The notes under the pieces are model-generated. The model ran no database searches. It was not told the origin of the DNA and worked only from the letters and a program-made list of their open reading frames with translations. The position numbers were made by a program, and so were the translations under genes. Source: Puccinia triticina (lineage: Eukaryota). From it: a stretch of 64,000 nt of DNA. The DNA is taken from contig CP110440.1 in NCBI GenBank assembly GCA_026914245.1, positions 3,596,001-3,660,000 of the forward strand, read 5' to 3'. Shown piece after piece: positions 1 through 13,799 of the stretch. Every line of letters starts with the position of its first letter. Within the stretch, counting starts at the first letter, position 1.

Positions 1-2160
1 AAAGCAAATATTTCGTAACATGACTTTCACAACGGGCTTGGCAATACTTGAAGAGCTTTATAGCTAACTAATTTCTGGATAAGTACTTAAATCCGCTGAA
101 GGAGGTATTTGACTGGAAAAGACTCATGGGAAGTTCTAAGATGATGTTCGGGTGGTACATCAAGCACTTGCCCATAATCCGAATTGATATTTAGATAAAA
201 CATCTATCTGCAGAACGCAGTTCACAGTTCAGGTCTGTTCAAGTATCACCGTGCCATCCACACCCTCGTCTCATCATGTAACGTCAAAGCTCCCCGTTTG
301 AGAGCATCATGATCTTCCCCACGTCAAGGTAAACATGTAACGACAAAGCTCCCCGTTTGAGAGCATAATGATCTTCTAGTATTTCAGAAGTTCCACATAC
401 TTGAACAGTGATGTCAGGTTTCAAAACTCATGGGTTCTCCATCGTTTCTGTAAACCATCACAAAAAAACAACCCAACGGTTTTCCCTTTTGAATCGGCTG
501 AAATTGAATACAAGTTGAAGTTACATACAACAACATCAATTACTAATTATTACATACATCAAAAAACCAACAAGAAAGTGTGCAAGTTTGATAATTACAG
601 AGAGAAAAATGGCACCCCGGGGCAACAGCAGTAGCGCTGGGCGCGCGCTCTGCAGCCAAGTCATCGCAGTCTCGCAGGGATCCAAAAGAGCGGGATCAAA
701 ATCCCCCAGCGCGCCGCGAAGGCATCATGCCCTATCATGCCTCTTGAAACCCTTCCGACTACGCAGCTGCGGTAGCGAAAGGGGGGCGGACCGCGAGCCT
801 CCTGGTCAAACCAATCTGCTGGCCCAAACCCTGGAACAGAGCCTCTCGAACGGAGGGTCCGGGCTGTCCCTAAATAATAATTAACACAAGTCCCCCCTGG
901 TGGGTGACTCGCTGTGGCTGGCCGCGAAGCCGCCCCTCCCTTTTTGAATTTTTATAGCTCCTCCTCCATCCTCTCCACAGATCTGTCCCTGATGCAACTT
1001 ATGCGACATCACTATCCCTACAATTTGACCTTCTCAGATTTTCCCTATCACCAAGCGTTGGTCTTCAATATTTTTTTAAAAAAGTGGAGAATGCTCAAGT
1101 GTTCCAAATTAAGTTCCACCAGTTTGCAACTCCAGGAATCATTTTCAAAATTCTGGCTACAAGAAAGAATAGTGTTTATAGGCAGCTTTGTCTCCCTCTC
1201 ATGTACAATGATGCTGGAGCAAAACTCAGGCCTCCACCAAGACATCTATATACAATTATATTGCATCTGTGCACAAATTGCACACCTTGTTTCAGACACA
1301 AAATATTATACTCCAAATTTGCCTGCCACTCATGACAACTTTTTGGAAATGATTTCAACCAACTATTCTCAATCATTGTAAATTTTTAATAGTGTGAAAC
1401 ATCAACACCCATTGTTCATGCAGCTGCAATTTGTTTAGAAAATTAGGGGGATCCAAAGTTGGCTGGTTGCAACTTGCATACACTTTTGCAAGTTGATGTT
1501 CAAGGCTTTTTGTTAGAACTAGACTTTTTATTGTTGTGAAACCAAAACCAGACTGAGAAACACAAGTTAGAAAAAGAAAAAATAACAGACAGGGAAAATT
1601 GAGAGGGAGTAAGTTTACCACTTGAAGAGATAGATACTATCTAGGCAACCAAAAATCTGAGGAGAGGGAGAGCAGTAAGGAAATAAGAGTGAGGAAGAAG
1701 AGAAGGGACACAGTTCAGCCAAGGCACAAGAGGATTGAGGATTGAGGGTGATTGAGTTTCTGGTGTTGATTCTCACCAAATTGGCAAAAGAGCTGTTTGA
1801 TGCAGAGCAAAGATTGAAGCAGTTTGACAAAGTAAATGAGGAATTAGAAGCGGAAGAGGTGATTTGAAGCGGGGTAGTGGAGATATGTGGAGAGAGGAAG
1901 CAGTGAATGTTTGAGTGTGCAAGTGTCCGCTATTTATGGATGGATCAAGGGTAAGGCAATCCAGGGAGTCAAGACTGTGTGTTGAAAATGGTCCAGGGAT
2001 GAGAATTTAAGTTCCTACGGACCATCCTAACTGACAGTCAAAAGTATAGAATGATGTAAGTTTCACAGGGAGTGTCACATCAAGTCAGACAGCAACTCAA
2101 CACTTTTCTAACACCAAATTTCAAAACTACATTCAAGGAGGCCTGTGGGGTGAAGTAAAA

Positions 2161-3959
2161 TGTCAGGCTTGGTGATGCCAAGAGTATGAATACTCCTCTA
2201 GCTACGCCGGCGACAGAGCATGGTGCGATGTAGCGCGCATCAAATGTGCGGTAGAAGTGCGAAGTAGCTTAGGAAAAGCTACTTCTAATGAAACAAAAAA
2301 AGAGGTTAACGGAGGGGCCAGGGGCGCCTGGGGTGGTTTAGTGCCCTCCGCGGTTCTTACAGGGCCTGCGCACAAAATGCGCAGGGGTTTTTGTGTCCTG
2401 TGGCTTCTGGGGCCCTTGGAAAGGGGGTAGTTGCGCGATTACTCGCACCCAGGATATAGTTTGGGATAAAATCCCGATAGAAAAGGGAAAAAACGCAGAC
2501 TTACTCTCAGCGAGGGTCTGCGGTAAAAAAGGCTACTGATTCAAGTAAACCAAGGTCGAGGCAAGGTCCGGCTGGCGCACAGGTCAATTAGACGAGGGCG
2601 AGACAGGCAAAGCTTCGAAGTGGTTATAAATGTATCTGGGGGACCTTGAATCACCCAAAGGCCCCCATTTATATATTCGAGCTACAACCGGTAGGGTTGT
2701 AGCTCTGTTTAGTTATTCTTCCTTCGGCTCTTCGGCCGGAGGAGTAGAGCGTGGACAGGAGCGTTTGAGGATTCTAGGATCCACATCGCTCCTGTCATTC
2801 ATCTTTTGGAGATGACGGTTTCTCTCCCTCGATCCGAGGGAGGGTATTTGATTTTCTAATCATTCTTGGACTGTTCATCTGCTGCCGGGGAGATTCAGTA
2901 GTTCATTTTACTGCTACACTCCTCCGGCCGTTTCACATTGGTCCTTCTGTTGTCGTTTCTCCTAGTTTGATCGAACTGGAGAATGTCTTGCAACCCGTTC
3001 TCTTCGAACTTAGCTAAGTCCCTCGATCGGAGGCGCGCGAGCGCTGTCGCGAAGCAACCCTCCGAAGGAGGGACTTACGCCCTACCTTGCAAAACAGTAG
3101 GCAGCAGATGTCTGTTTTCAGCCTTTTTTGCTTGTCCCTCCGTTGAGGCTACGCAAGGACAGCTGGGGCCAAGTCAGCTGCTTCAAGAGATAGCCAAGAA
3201 GCATGGCTCTCTGCTGGTATCTTTCTTTTACCTGTAACACATGAGCTTGATTTTTAAAAAAATAAATAAGAGCTGCCAGGTTTTGACAGGTGTCAAAAGT
3301 ATGGCTTTGACCGAGGCCTGTTTGAACAATGCCCTCCCAAAACCCATGAACTCCTTTTTGTTTCATTTGGGATTCAAGAGTGTTTTTGAAGGGATCCGAC
3401 CTCAGGAAGGTGGAAAGTGAAAGGGCAGATGTAGGCGGACAAATCTGTCTGCTCAGATTTTCGATGGCTTTTACTTGAGTCGAGATATCAAGAGTTGAAG
3501 ATTTTGAAAATTCTCCCCAGCCAAATGGGATTTCTGCTGCCTACTGTTTTGCGAGGTAGGGCGTAAGTCCCTCCTTCGGAGGGACGCTTCGCGACAGCGC
3601 TCGCGCGCCTCCGATCGAGGGACTTAGCTAAGTTTGGTTCTCTTACCTTGAGAGCGGGTTTCAACCAATTCATAACTGGTTCTCCGGCCGTTTTTGGCTG
3701 GAGTTCTACTATTCACCCCTCAACTTGGTTTAAGGTTTGAGGGGATATGTATTGCATAGTTTCTGGTGCGCGGCGCTTCTGCGCTGCATTTAATACTCAT
3801 TAATGAATACCCTTTCTATCCTTGTGCGCGGCGCTCTGCGCCGCTACTATTAGTGAAAGAATGTAATTTCTATCTTATCTTCAGCGGCCCTTTGCGCCGC
3901 TACTACATATGCTAGCATTGTTAGCCGGGCTCTAACTTATCATAGTAGCCCGGCTGACA
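2161..3959. mobile_element. Long solo LTR (about 1.16 kb after removing an inserted MITE)
   Basis: TGTCA...TGACA termini flanked by a 5-bp direct repeat TAAAA (2156-2160 and 3960-3964); no coding capacity seen. Confidence 0.75.
3005..3636. mobile_element. MITE with ~100-bp TIRs (KDZ-like terminus family)
   Basis: CGAACTTAGCTAAGTCCCTCGATCGG... at 3005 and its reverse complement ending at 3636; 8-bp TSD GTTCTCTT (2997-3004, 3637-3644). Confidence 0.9.
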
Positions 3960-5530
3960 TAAAATTAGACTTGCATGACCTTTTGCAACTTGGTTTTCAG
4001 GATCTGACTTGAATGCCAACTTGCAAAATTGCATGCAATTGCACAAGGTCAACTTTAAAACCCCCATTATGCACCTGAAACAGAAACCCTAGAAGACTGC
4101 CACAGTCAACTTTCCATCCCTCCTCAAATAATTCAATAATTCAGCAAAAATTGAGTACGTATACCTAGCAAGCACTGCTAATTGTCATAATATTCAAAAC
4201 ATATATACACATGTGTAGCTGACACATTTTACAAATTAATAGTGCAAGTCAAAGACGTAGTAAACAGCCTAATTTAATACAAATATGTTAACCATGTTGA
4301 GGACATCATTTGAGGATAAGAACTGGAACACAGCCAATTCTCTGGACACATAAACCATGATAAAGCTACATATAGTTGACCATGTGCAAAAAAATGAGAC
4401 TTCAAGTTTGGTAATGAATTTTGCTCATTGTCATTGAAAAACATGCTACTATGTGGAATTGATTATAATAGAGTGAAATTTTAGCCTGAGCTCCACCCTT
4501 GTACTGGAGAGTTATCTTTGTCAATGTAACCTCTTTATCTTTTTGTGAGCTGATCAATAATTTTGCACCTAGCATCCGCTTTGTCAAGCATGTGACCATT
4601 ATTCAAGTCCCATTGCACACTCTCTGCAGGATATTCAGGTTGCACAACAACTATTGAATTTACATAGATCAGACAGTTGAGCAAACATGGATTGAGTAAC
4701 AATAGTATAAATAACGGATGGTATTTTGACTGATGATACAACATAGATGAGATCCAGCCAGGCAAGGGACACGTTCAATAATTGAGAATTATATCATGTA
4801 AGTTCCTTTGAGGCAGTGGGACTGCAGATTGTAGCAATGAGGAGCTTGGAAATTATGAAAAAGCTCAATGGAATAAGCCTGCATGAGGAGGTGGAAAGGG
4901 TGAGGAATGTACCAGTGTTTTTGAGGAATTTGGATCTATGAGAATTTCTCACAACAAAATGGATGGTGGGCCCAATTTTGCCAGTAATGTATCCGGAAAA
5001 GAGGAAAAAGTTCCTCAGGAGGAGCTCATGTGTAAAATTGCTCTTCACACATTGGCCTAAGTTTAAGGTGAAGTGTGGGCCATGATAGAGGGAATTGTAT
5101 CAGAAAATTTTAATAAGCACATAGATAAAGCTATGAATTACTTACACACCAAGTGAAAGGGCAGCATTAAATTGGTTTGGGAGACTGATGTTGTATTGGC
5201 TGACTGTAGTTGACCTTGTTGTGGGGGGTTGTAACCAATACAAAACCATTTTCAGTGTCCCGGGATAGCTGGTATATAATTTTATGAAGAGGATTGGAAA
5301 GAGGCTAAGAATGAAAGTAAGCTTTTCCTCCTGTTGGTGAGTAGAGGTAAGTAAAGTTATATTTTTTCCTAGAAACTTGGCATAATTTGTAAGGTGGGAT
5401 TGAGGTGCTGATGTCATTAGAAGCAATAGATCAGTAGTGTTCTACAATGGCAGAGAGAAGTTAGGTTATCTGATGGGGAAAGAAATTTAGAGTGGTGCTT
5501 ATATGTATGATGGTTGGAAGAGTATGTTAA

Positions 5531-6001
5531 CAAGGCTGAAACGCTGCGCTGCGCTACAAAAAAGCGGTCTTTTAGCGCAGCGCAGCGGGGAACCGCTGCG
5601 CGGTCAGCCCGAAAAGCGGTAGCGCAGCGCCAGTCCCGCTGCGCTACCGCTGAAAATAGCGGGGGCCCGCTTCTTCCCCGACGCAAAAAAGCGGTAGCGC
5701 AGCGGACGGGGCCGCTCCTTTCAGCGCCGCGCAGCGGCGACCAAAACAGCTGCACTTTGCGCTGCGCTGCGCTTTTTTGGCTGGCAGCGGGGGAGCGCTA
5801 CGCGGCCAGGTCAAAAAGCGGTAGCGCAGCGATGGTTCCGCTGCGCTACCGCTGAAAGTAGCGGGTCCCCGCTTCTTGCCAGACCCAAAAAGCGGTAGCG
5901 CAGCGTGCGGGGCCGCTACTTTCAGCGCAGCGCAGCGGCCACCAAAACCGCTGCGCTTCACGCTGCGCTGCGCTTTTTGAAGCGCAGCGATTTCACCCTT
6001 G
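5531..6001. mobile_element. MITE rich in CGCTGCGC/GCGCAGCG motifs
   Basis: Imperfect TIRs CAAGGCTGAAACGCTGCGCT / AGCGCAGCGATTTCACCCTTG; GC-rich island in AT-rich DNA; same internal motif as 49963-50402; no clean TSD. Confidence 0.75.
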
Positions 6002-7040
6002 GTATGTACCTAGATGAGGTCACAGGAGGTGATAAATATTCCAATTTATTTCACCTAATCCGTAATTGTGCAGGCAGTTTGTGAGTAGCAAACCAGTATG
6101 TGGTATGTTGGGCAAGGTGTGCCTTGCAAAAAGAGGAGTTGGTGGGGTTTTGGTGTAAACTAATTGAGGAAAAAATTGTGTAGTGAGGCTGCAAGAAATG
6201 AACACTCACCAGAACAAGTGTCTGAGTTCCAAAGAGGCCATCAGAAGTTTGCGCCTTTGGAGCGCTGGGTCCCAGCCCAGCCCGTCCCCTGAAACAAGGG
6301 AATTGCAAAGCTACCAGAGGTACTTGTATTAATTCAGGCCCAAACAAAAGTCTCCCATCACAATTCTCCAAAACATCAGCACTGCTGCCACATTGCCTGG
6401 TCACTGCCACACCACCTCCACTTACAGTTTGAATCAGGAGCAAACCAAATTATAATCAAGGTTTGGCAAAATATTAAAAATTTGTAACACCATGTCACCT
6501 GTTCACCCTCACGTCTCCACCAGACTACCAATCAGGAGTAAAAACGCATAGGGAAATCTGCTGAGACAGGGTGTTCTGAGATTGCTGATACACCTGACCC
6601 ATACAAGGCCTTGAAACATCAACAGACCAATGGGCCTCTGTATCTCAACACATGAACTGTGAAGCCTCTGTTTAGCACTTTACACAACATCAAAAAGTCC
6701 AACTAGTCTGCCCGCCTCAACAAAACCATCCAATGATTTCCAATCTTGTGAAATCATCTGTTTTATTTTACTCAATTCAATCATTCAGCTTTTCATTGAG
6801 GCTTTCACAGTTGCCTCTGTCACTATACTTGTCAGCCACAGAGTACATTTCACAGTACCTTACACGTACCAAGTACCTGCAATTGTTCACATTACATATA
6901 GTGCATTCCTTTTACACCTTTATTACATATGTGTATCATTGGATACAAGCTTAAGAATTTACTCTTGTGATAAATTACTTTACAGATAACCATAGTCAAA
7001 TACAGTTGCCATAATGTAATGTTGTTATGAGAGTTAAGTT

Positions 7041-7568
7041 TGATGAGATTTGACTCCAAAAGCAATGGCTACAGCAAGCGCAACAAGAGAGGCCAAAAGG
7101 CTCAAGGAAGGGGGACAGTGAGTATGAGTGCTCACTGGATGCGGCTCAAGGGTGACGCAGAAAAAGAATGAGATGAACCAATGATTTTGATTTCTTGTAT
7201 CTAGGCTAAGCTATATAGACTATGTACAAGGAATCAACTTGTGGTTGGTAATGAAAATGAATAGGGATATTGAATAGAAGTAATTGGAACTCTCAACAAG
7301 GATATCACAGATGAAACATATCTGTCACAATTGGAGCGCGCACACATCAGAGAATGAGGGACATTTGGGAAAGATTGACAGTCTAATCTTGGCAGGGAAC
7401 AATGTCACATGGCAAGTACAGAAAAGCAATCATGACCAACAACATACCAGATCATAAGAAGAGTGAGAGCATAAGAGGTGAGAGTGATGGATCATTTGGA
7501 ATCAGAAAAAGGAAAGGAAAGGAGGCAGAAGGCAGAAGAGAGGAGTCCAGGAGGATGAAAATCCAACA
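7041..7568. mobile_element. Solo LTR (related to 30036-30558, opposite orientation)
   Basis: TG...CAACA ends with 5-bp TSD AAGTT (7036-7040, 7569-7573); visibly similar to the reverse complement of 30036-30558. Confidence 0.8.
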
Positions 7569-9694
7569 AAGTTATGTGCAAACGGTAAGATTACAATATA
7601 CTGTAAAATTACTGTACACGTGAAATACCCCTAAGACAGGTATCACTCATTTATCCCCTGTTAAGCCTCATTCCCTACATACATAAAATATTGATTATGA
7701 TATAAATACATAAACAATACATGATGTAATGTAATTCAAAAGAGCACTGAATGGAATCACTGATCAGCTAGTGTACACAGCTGCTGATCTAGGATCAGTA
7801 CTGATCAGTACACTGCCCAGATAATTTTCAATGTTGATCCTCTTGAGGATCTGCTTCCTTTGAGGGCTTCCAGTTCCCCCCTGGTCCTGAAGCGCCTCCC
7901 AGCGCCTCAAATCCCCTCCTGCTCTTTTCCCTCTATATAAACACGCCCCCCAGGACTGTTTATCCCTCAGAATATTATTACAGCAAAGTTTAACCCATAC
8001 TATAGTTAAACAGTGCTTTCATTCTCACCCATATTTCAATTCAGGAATAACATCAACTCTTGATTACCCTTACCTTTCTGTAGGTAAAACCACGAACCCA
8101 AGTTGAGTTATTCCTTGGATGCCTATTAACACCCTGTGTTGATCTGGACGCGCCTTCATTGAGCAAGCCTCTAAGTCAAGATTACTGATAGAGTGAAACC
8201 TTTTACAGGTCTTACCACGAACCCATTGGCCCATCTTTGGCACTCTACACTATCATCTTGCTAGTAACAACCCTCTCAACCACAGTTAGTTACCTACAGG
8301 CTGACAATACTTGACCTAAAATTTTGCCAAAAACAAGCTATCTTGAAATCATTTCCTAATTGATGATTATTTTCCTTGGTACAATATAGATAACATTAAT
8401 TGGTGGAGATCTAGATGGGCTGGCTTGGCAATATAAAATGAAACCAGCTGACTCAGCCTCACAGGCACAGGCATTTATAGGACCTATAATTTTTCCCAAT
8501 GGTGTTTTTAATGCTGCTCATGGACATAATGCAGAGCCAAAACAGGAGGATTTTTTTATTTCTCCTTGATTAAAATTTCAGTGGGGGAGGCTTTGGCATT
8601 AAAGGGGGTATAATTTTATGAGCAATAGTGCGGGCTCACGTGTACATAGCTAACATGTACATGTCACAGACTGCACACTCATGGTTTGAGAGGCTGGAGA
8701 TGAAGACCTCTTCCTCATCCTGCAATCTAACACGTAGGATCCAGAACCCCCAGAAACCCAGACTCCAGATCTTATCTTCCTTTCCACAGAATTGACCATA
8801 AAAGGAAGCTTGAATTTGATGGTGGGTGAATGTTGAAATTATTAAGGGGAACAGATGCTGGAAGAGTCAAATTGTTGTATTCTACTTTTTCTGAATGGGA
8901 GTTGGCATGTGCCCTGATTCAAGAAGCAGACGGGATGTCATGCATATGTGTGTATGATGAAATTTTCATTCATCTGCTGTATCTGCATGCCAGACATCTT
9001 TTGCTCCTGATGATTTTTCATAAGAATTAAAATCTGTGTTTAACGTCTGAATGACACTGCAGGCCTCAGCAACATCTTTTGGCCTGCAGTTTGGGCTGTA
9101 GATGCTTGTGGCTTCCAGGGCAGTTGGGTCATAGTGGTGTATGTTTAACTACACAGCTGCTCCAGACTGTGGTGATACATCATCCTAGCAGGTTTAAACT
9201 CAACACAAGCTGGGATAATACCAAGCTTAACAAAGTCACTCTGGAGGAGGGTCCCACAGACTTGCGGTCTCAAGGCTTGTGCTTTGCCCTTCTGAGGAGG
9301 GACTGGTTTGGAAAAGCTGTCAAATCATTCAATGGCCAGAGTAAAAATTTGCAATTTTTTCAAGTTGGTCAGATTCTTCTGAAACCAATTTTTCTGCACC
9401 ATGAACAAATTGATGTGAATAGGTGTTGGGTGACACTCAGTAACATGTCTTCCAAGTCTAGTGGTGACTCCAACAACACCCCTTGACCAAAAATGGCCCT
9501 CTTACCATTCCCTAAGTGTATGGTTGGTGGAATAAAGGCTGGAGTTAGATTCATGTCACCTTCCACCTAGGCCTGTCAGTTTTTTCATGATGCTGTCCTG
9601 ATGGTCAAAAAATTGTACAAAATTTATTTAGGACAAAATGTGATGAACATTTTGTCAAGTTGCCAACATGAACCAGGCTAATCAACATCATTTA

Positions 9695-9869
9695 GGGTGT
9701 TCAAAATTGATTTTTGAATATAATTTTACATAAAATCATAAGATTTATCAAAGTTTTCAGAGGTGTTTGAAATGAAGAGAACCCTCAACTTTCACCCCAT
9801 CAAACCTTTGGACATGTAGCTCTTATGATTTTATGTAGAAAGTGGTTTAAAAATCAATTTTGAACACCA
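9695..9869. mobile_element. Small hairpin MITE
   Basis: GGTGTTCAAAATTGATTTTT / AAAAATCAATTTTGAACACC inverted ends, flanked by TTA/TAA (PIF/Harbinger- or Tc1-like target). Confidence 0.7.
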
Positions 9870-10059
9870 TAATTGTTCAGAACTAAACAAGCTTGAGAAA
9901 GCTGATCAGGGGCACAATTATATTCGAATGTTTTGCTTCCACCAATCTCACATGTTACCAGCCCATGTTGATTTTCAAAGCTAAATTTGTGGTTTTAGAA
10001 CATGAAATTGTAAACAAGAGGTAAAACTTAGAAATTGTGAAAGATGAGTGAGGCCCAGA

Positions 10060-11379
10060 TCAAGAGCTCTTGTATTTTGCAGTAGTTGAACCAGCAAGCT
10101 TTGCCTTTAACTTCTGAATCACAAATTCTGTTGCGTCATTTTCGTGTTGGCCAGCATATGTGAGATGGCCCATCATGCTCCCCGTGGAGGTACAAATTTG
10201 ATCGCCAGCGGCGCAACAGTCATAGACCCTATCGGTCAACTGCTCTGGCATTTTGGCACCCGCCATGGCCGCAATCCCCATACCAGCGGTCTAGCATTGT
10301 CCCAAAATATCGAGGTGGTAGAATTAGTCAATCTTTCAAAGATCTGATATATCTCAATATCTTGTCGGCAATTCATCCCGAACTTACTGCGCCACATTTG
10401 TTTTGAGAAGCACCAGCTCTGAAGTAAGGGTTTCCAAAAAGAACGACGGCCGCAATTTTGTCTTGGGGGATATCCTTGTTGTTCAAAGTTTGTGTCTGAA
10501 CCATAGCCTGTTGATAGAGCGGCCGTGGTGAGGGGTGTCAGAATTATGAATTGGGCTAAACAGGCGGCACGCTAGTTTCACTCTACTGACTCCTTTCGAG
10601 TAACCAAGCAAAACAAAGACCGTCTCCGGACACTTGGAGATCTCTCCAGTTATCAATTTAACTTCAGTCTGAGCACCTTGGGTTACAGTGACGGAATAGT
10701 CGGCTGAAGTTGAGTACTGGAGTTCTTGTTTTGCCCCTCCAGGAATGGTTGATAAGACTTTCTGGTACAGGGCGTTATAGGCTACAGACCCAGTTGGCCC
10801 CTCGCTGGTTCCGCGAGCACTGATGAAAAATGACGGGTCCCGACAGCGATTGGACTGTCATTTTCCGTACTTTCCTTCGTTATCGCCAGCCAGTACGTAC
10901 CCAATCATGTAATAAGATGGACATCCACCGGCCGAGCCTCGTGATTTGTTTTTGCCAGTGATGGATGCGCTGCCATTATTACCGAAGTCGGCGTCGGATG
11001 GGCTAGAGCTGGAAGTCGTTCCGCCAAGCCCACCAATCCCGCCGGCGGAGCTCATAGCGGATAAACCACCGAGTCCGCCAGTCCCGCCGCCCGAGCTCAT
11101 CCCGGGAAAACCGCCGAGTCCACCAGCGGAACCGGAACCTAGCCCACCGAGTCCACCACTTCCAGAACCGAAAGAGGGTAAGCCACCAAGCCCGCCGCCC
11201 CCGGAGCCCGAACCCGAGCCGCCGAAGCCAGGTATACCACCACCGCCAAGCGAACCCGTAAGGCTACTGATATCGAATTGGCGTTTGTGGAGGCTGGGCC
11301 TGACAACACTTGCACCCTTGACGGATTCTTGAAGGTTTATCAGCAGTAGTAAACTGATCTTGAAAATAAAGGGAACCAT
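10060..11379 (-). CDS. Secreted cutinase (CE5), 4 exons, Gly/Ser-rich N-terminal region
   Basis: Signal peptide MVPFIFKISLLLLINL; spliced CPSYYMIG-ARGTSE; GYSKG-A nucleophile motif; LFGNP; CAAGDQIC (Asp) and GHLTY (His) complete the triad; GT-AG introns near 10900-10820, 10590-10509 and 10388-10292. Confidence 0.92.
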
Positions 11380-12560
11380 TCTCCAGGATTGATTCTTGAA
11401 AATATGAGATTTAGGCTGGTGCTTTTAGTGGGGATCGAGTATCTACGAGTCGCTATGGGTATTTAGTATCTGGTATATTGGCACAAGCAACCTTTAATAT
11501 CTTTATTTGAATGAATATAAACACAGAAATGCGTTCAAGATGCCCAAAAAATCGCGCTTGAAGACTAGGGATGTCTGCTCATACGTCTGAGGTCGTTGGG
11601 TTGGTGGGGCAAGAATCCAAGACAGGGTGTCTGTCTTTATAGACAAAAAAACGACTCGAACAGAGAGAACAAGAATGCACCAAGGTCGATGATCGCGATG
11701 CGAATTGTGATCCCAGCTGTGCCGTCGATGGATATCGCTGTCGTCATGATGTGGTGATCAGGGTTAGCCATTCGTCATCTTCAAGACACCATGCCCGCCC
11801 AAACCACAAAAACCCCTCGGCTCTCTGCTCTCATGATCATTGGAAACATTTCGGTCCTTTACGGAAACTCGTTAACCTTTCCAGTATGGTGTACTTGACT
11901 AGAGGAGCTCTTTGCGATCCAGGGGGTGCACGACATTGTCACCCTCACTTGTCTGGAAACCGACTACAAGGATGCCAAAACGGTAACTCAGGGATCTAAT
12001 CGAGTCTACTACGCCGAAGAGTCCGGGACCGATTGGGACTCCCTCTCCGACGTGGTCCAACCTTAAACAGACTCTCTTGGTAGGAAGTCCTGCAGTCCTT
12101 GACTTTGTAGCCAGGTTTGACAAAAAAAATTAGAACCCGCTAACATGAACCCCCCTTTGTCTGTGCTCATAGATCCCGGTGGTAGGGATGTGATAGTTAT
12201 TCTGTTTTTTATTCAATATGGTATACATAAAGATTCTTATGAAAAGTTTCGAATGGAGATATCAGTGATCTGAAAAAGATAGGAAACAAGTGGACAGGTA
12301 TATTGCAATTGAGGAAAAATGGGTTCTGAGGGCAGAGTGTGAGAATTGAGGGAGTGATGAGGAATATAACGAAATCCGGGTTCAAATATCCAAAAGTCAT
12401 GCGTGAGAATTCCTCATAGGGCATCAGTCCCTCCAGCGAGGCCTCAGGCAGGGACTTTGCTAAGATCGTTATAGCTGGTATCCATCTCAGATGGAATTTA
12501 GGATGGTTGATCATAGCTATATTTGGCTATAACATCCTTCTTTCTTCATCGTAATATCGT

Positions 12561-13107
12561 TTACTTCCACCGGTGGGTTTGGCAAGAATTTCGGCGGCTA
12601 TAAGCAATTCGGCGTCCAGATGGCATTTTTTTTCGGTCAGCCTTCAATGATATTTCTTTTCTCATAATTAAGAGCTAGAGCAAAGTCGGAGCCAAGAATA
12701 GACATACGACGATTTGAAAATCAGTTTTGCAGCACAAATTGTAAACGAGTCTCCCCCCTCTTTGGGTTTTCCCCCCTTCTCGACGAGCCCTACAGGTATA
12801 AAGGCCGTGCCGGAGTTTGTCGGCGGCTTGCACTAGGGTATGTTTCGCAGTTGATCAATGAGGATCATTCAGAGCCAGAGATAATATCACATCAGTCAAT
12901 AATCAACTCGCCCGAGCTTATTCTGACCTTGATCATGATAGAAAATACTTATTTACGATAATACTTGTCTACTTCGAAACTTCTGACAGCGCAGTAGCCA
13001 TGGATGCCTCCACATCTAAAGCTTTCTTTAAACTCATCGGTAAACTCATAGGCAAAGACTGCTCCAAAGTGAAGAAAGATTACCAAGAAAAGGTTCAAGA
13101 GAAGCAT
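12561..13107 (-). CDS. Small secreted Cys-containing protein, candidate effector (possible frameshift)
   Basis: Signal peptide MLLLNLFLVIFLHFGAVFA, then FRC..GYC; downstream exons give YTC, CC and a final C before TAA. YTC and CC lie in different frames across a homopolymer-rich run near 12760-12780. Exon boundaries approximate. Confidence 0.6.
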
Positions 13108-13446
13108 GTTGAATGGGGATGTGACGGAGTTGCTCCTTTGTGCGGTGAGATGCAAGAGGTTGGGCGGCGACGCTGGGCACATCCACAATCTCGTCCCTTA
13201 TGAGCCCTTGATATACATATGATGAAAGCCGTAGAGAGGATACAGCCATTCTGTACAGCAGCCCGCTATCCAAATGTGTGGTCCCGCAGGGTTTTCAACG
13301 AGGTTGTTCAGGCTTTGCAAATACAACATAGATGCCAAGGAAGCTGTATGTACAGTTGGTAGGTAAACAGAAGAGTACAGAAGTTTCCGCCACCACTTTT
13401 TTTTTCGAGAGACAAGGTGGTTTCACAGGACTTGAAGCTCTTTGTC

Positions 13447-13520
13447 CTAGCTTAAAAAGTCCCTCTTGTACCGCAGGGAGCCTCCTTCGGAGGTCGCTTT
13501 GCTCCCCTTAGGTAAGTTAG
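13447..13520. mobile_element. 74-bp miniature of the KDZ-like terminus family
   Basis: CTAGCTTAAAAAGTCCCTC ... TAAGTTAG with an internal hairpin; flanks CTCTTTGTC / CTCTTTCTC (8 of 9 identical). Confidence 0.6.
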
Positions 13521-13799
13521 CTCTTTCTCCAGCAAAAAAATAAAAAAAAAATAAAAAATGGTAGAAACGTTTGTCTACACTCCCGCTGGAGTGCATGTTT
13601 ATCTTCAGTTTCCAGTTTACTCAAAGTTGAACGGAAAAAGCAAGCCGTGCCAGCGTGCAACGCTTGACCAGATGGACCGAGTGATTGGCACTGCAGTGCG
13701 GCAGGCCTGACCACAGGCACTGACAAAACATACAGCATAAACACTAACAGAGAGGGGGGAGCGAGGAGAGTAGAGAGAGGGAGGGAGGGCAAGAGGGTG

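Noticed and set aside
900..2160. Short overlapping ORFs in CpG-poor DNA (also 3965-5530)
   Set aside because: Probably old repeat remnants; no recognisable motif or boundary.
5417..5961. Ala/Arg-rich ORFs
   Set aside because: Products of the GC-rich MITE motif.
7600..8306. LTR-like segment with a TATA box ending TGACA
   Set aside because: No convincing left end or TSD.
10946..11332. Pro-rich extensin-like ORF on the + strand
   Set aside because: Antisense shadow of the Gly-rich cutinase exon.
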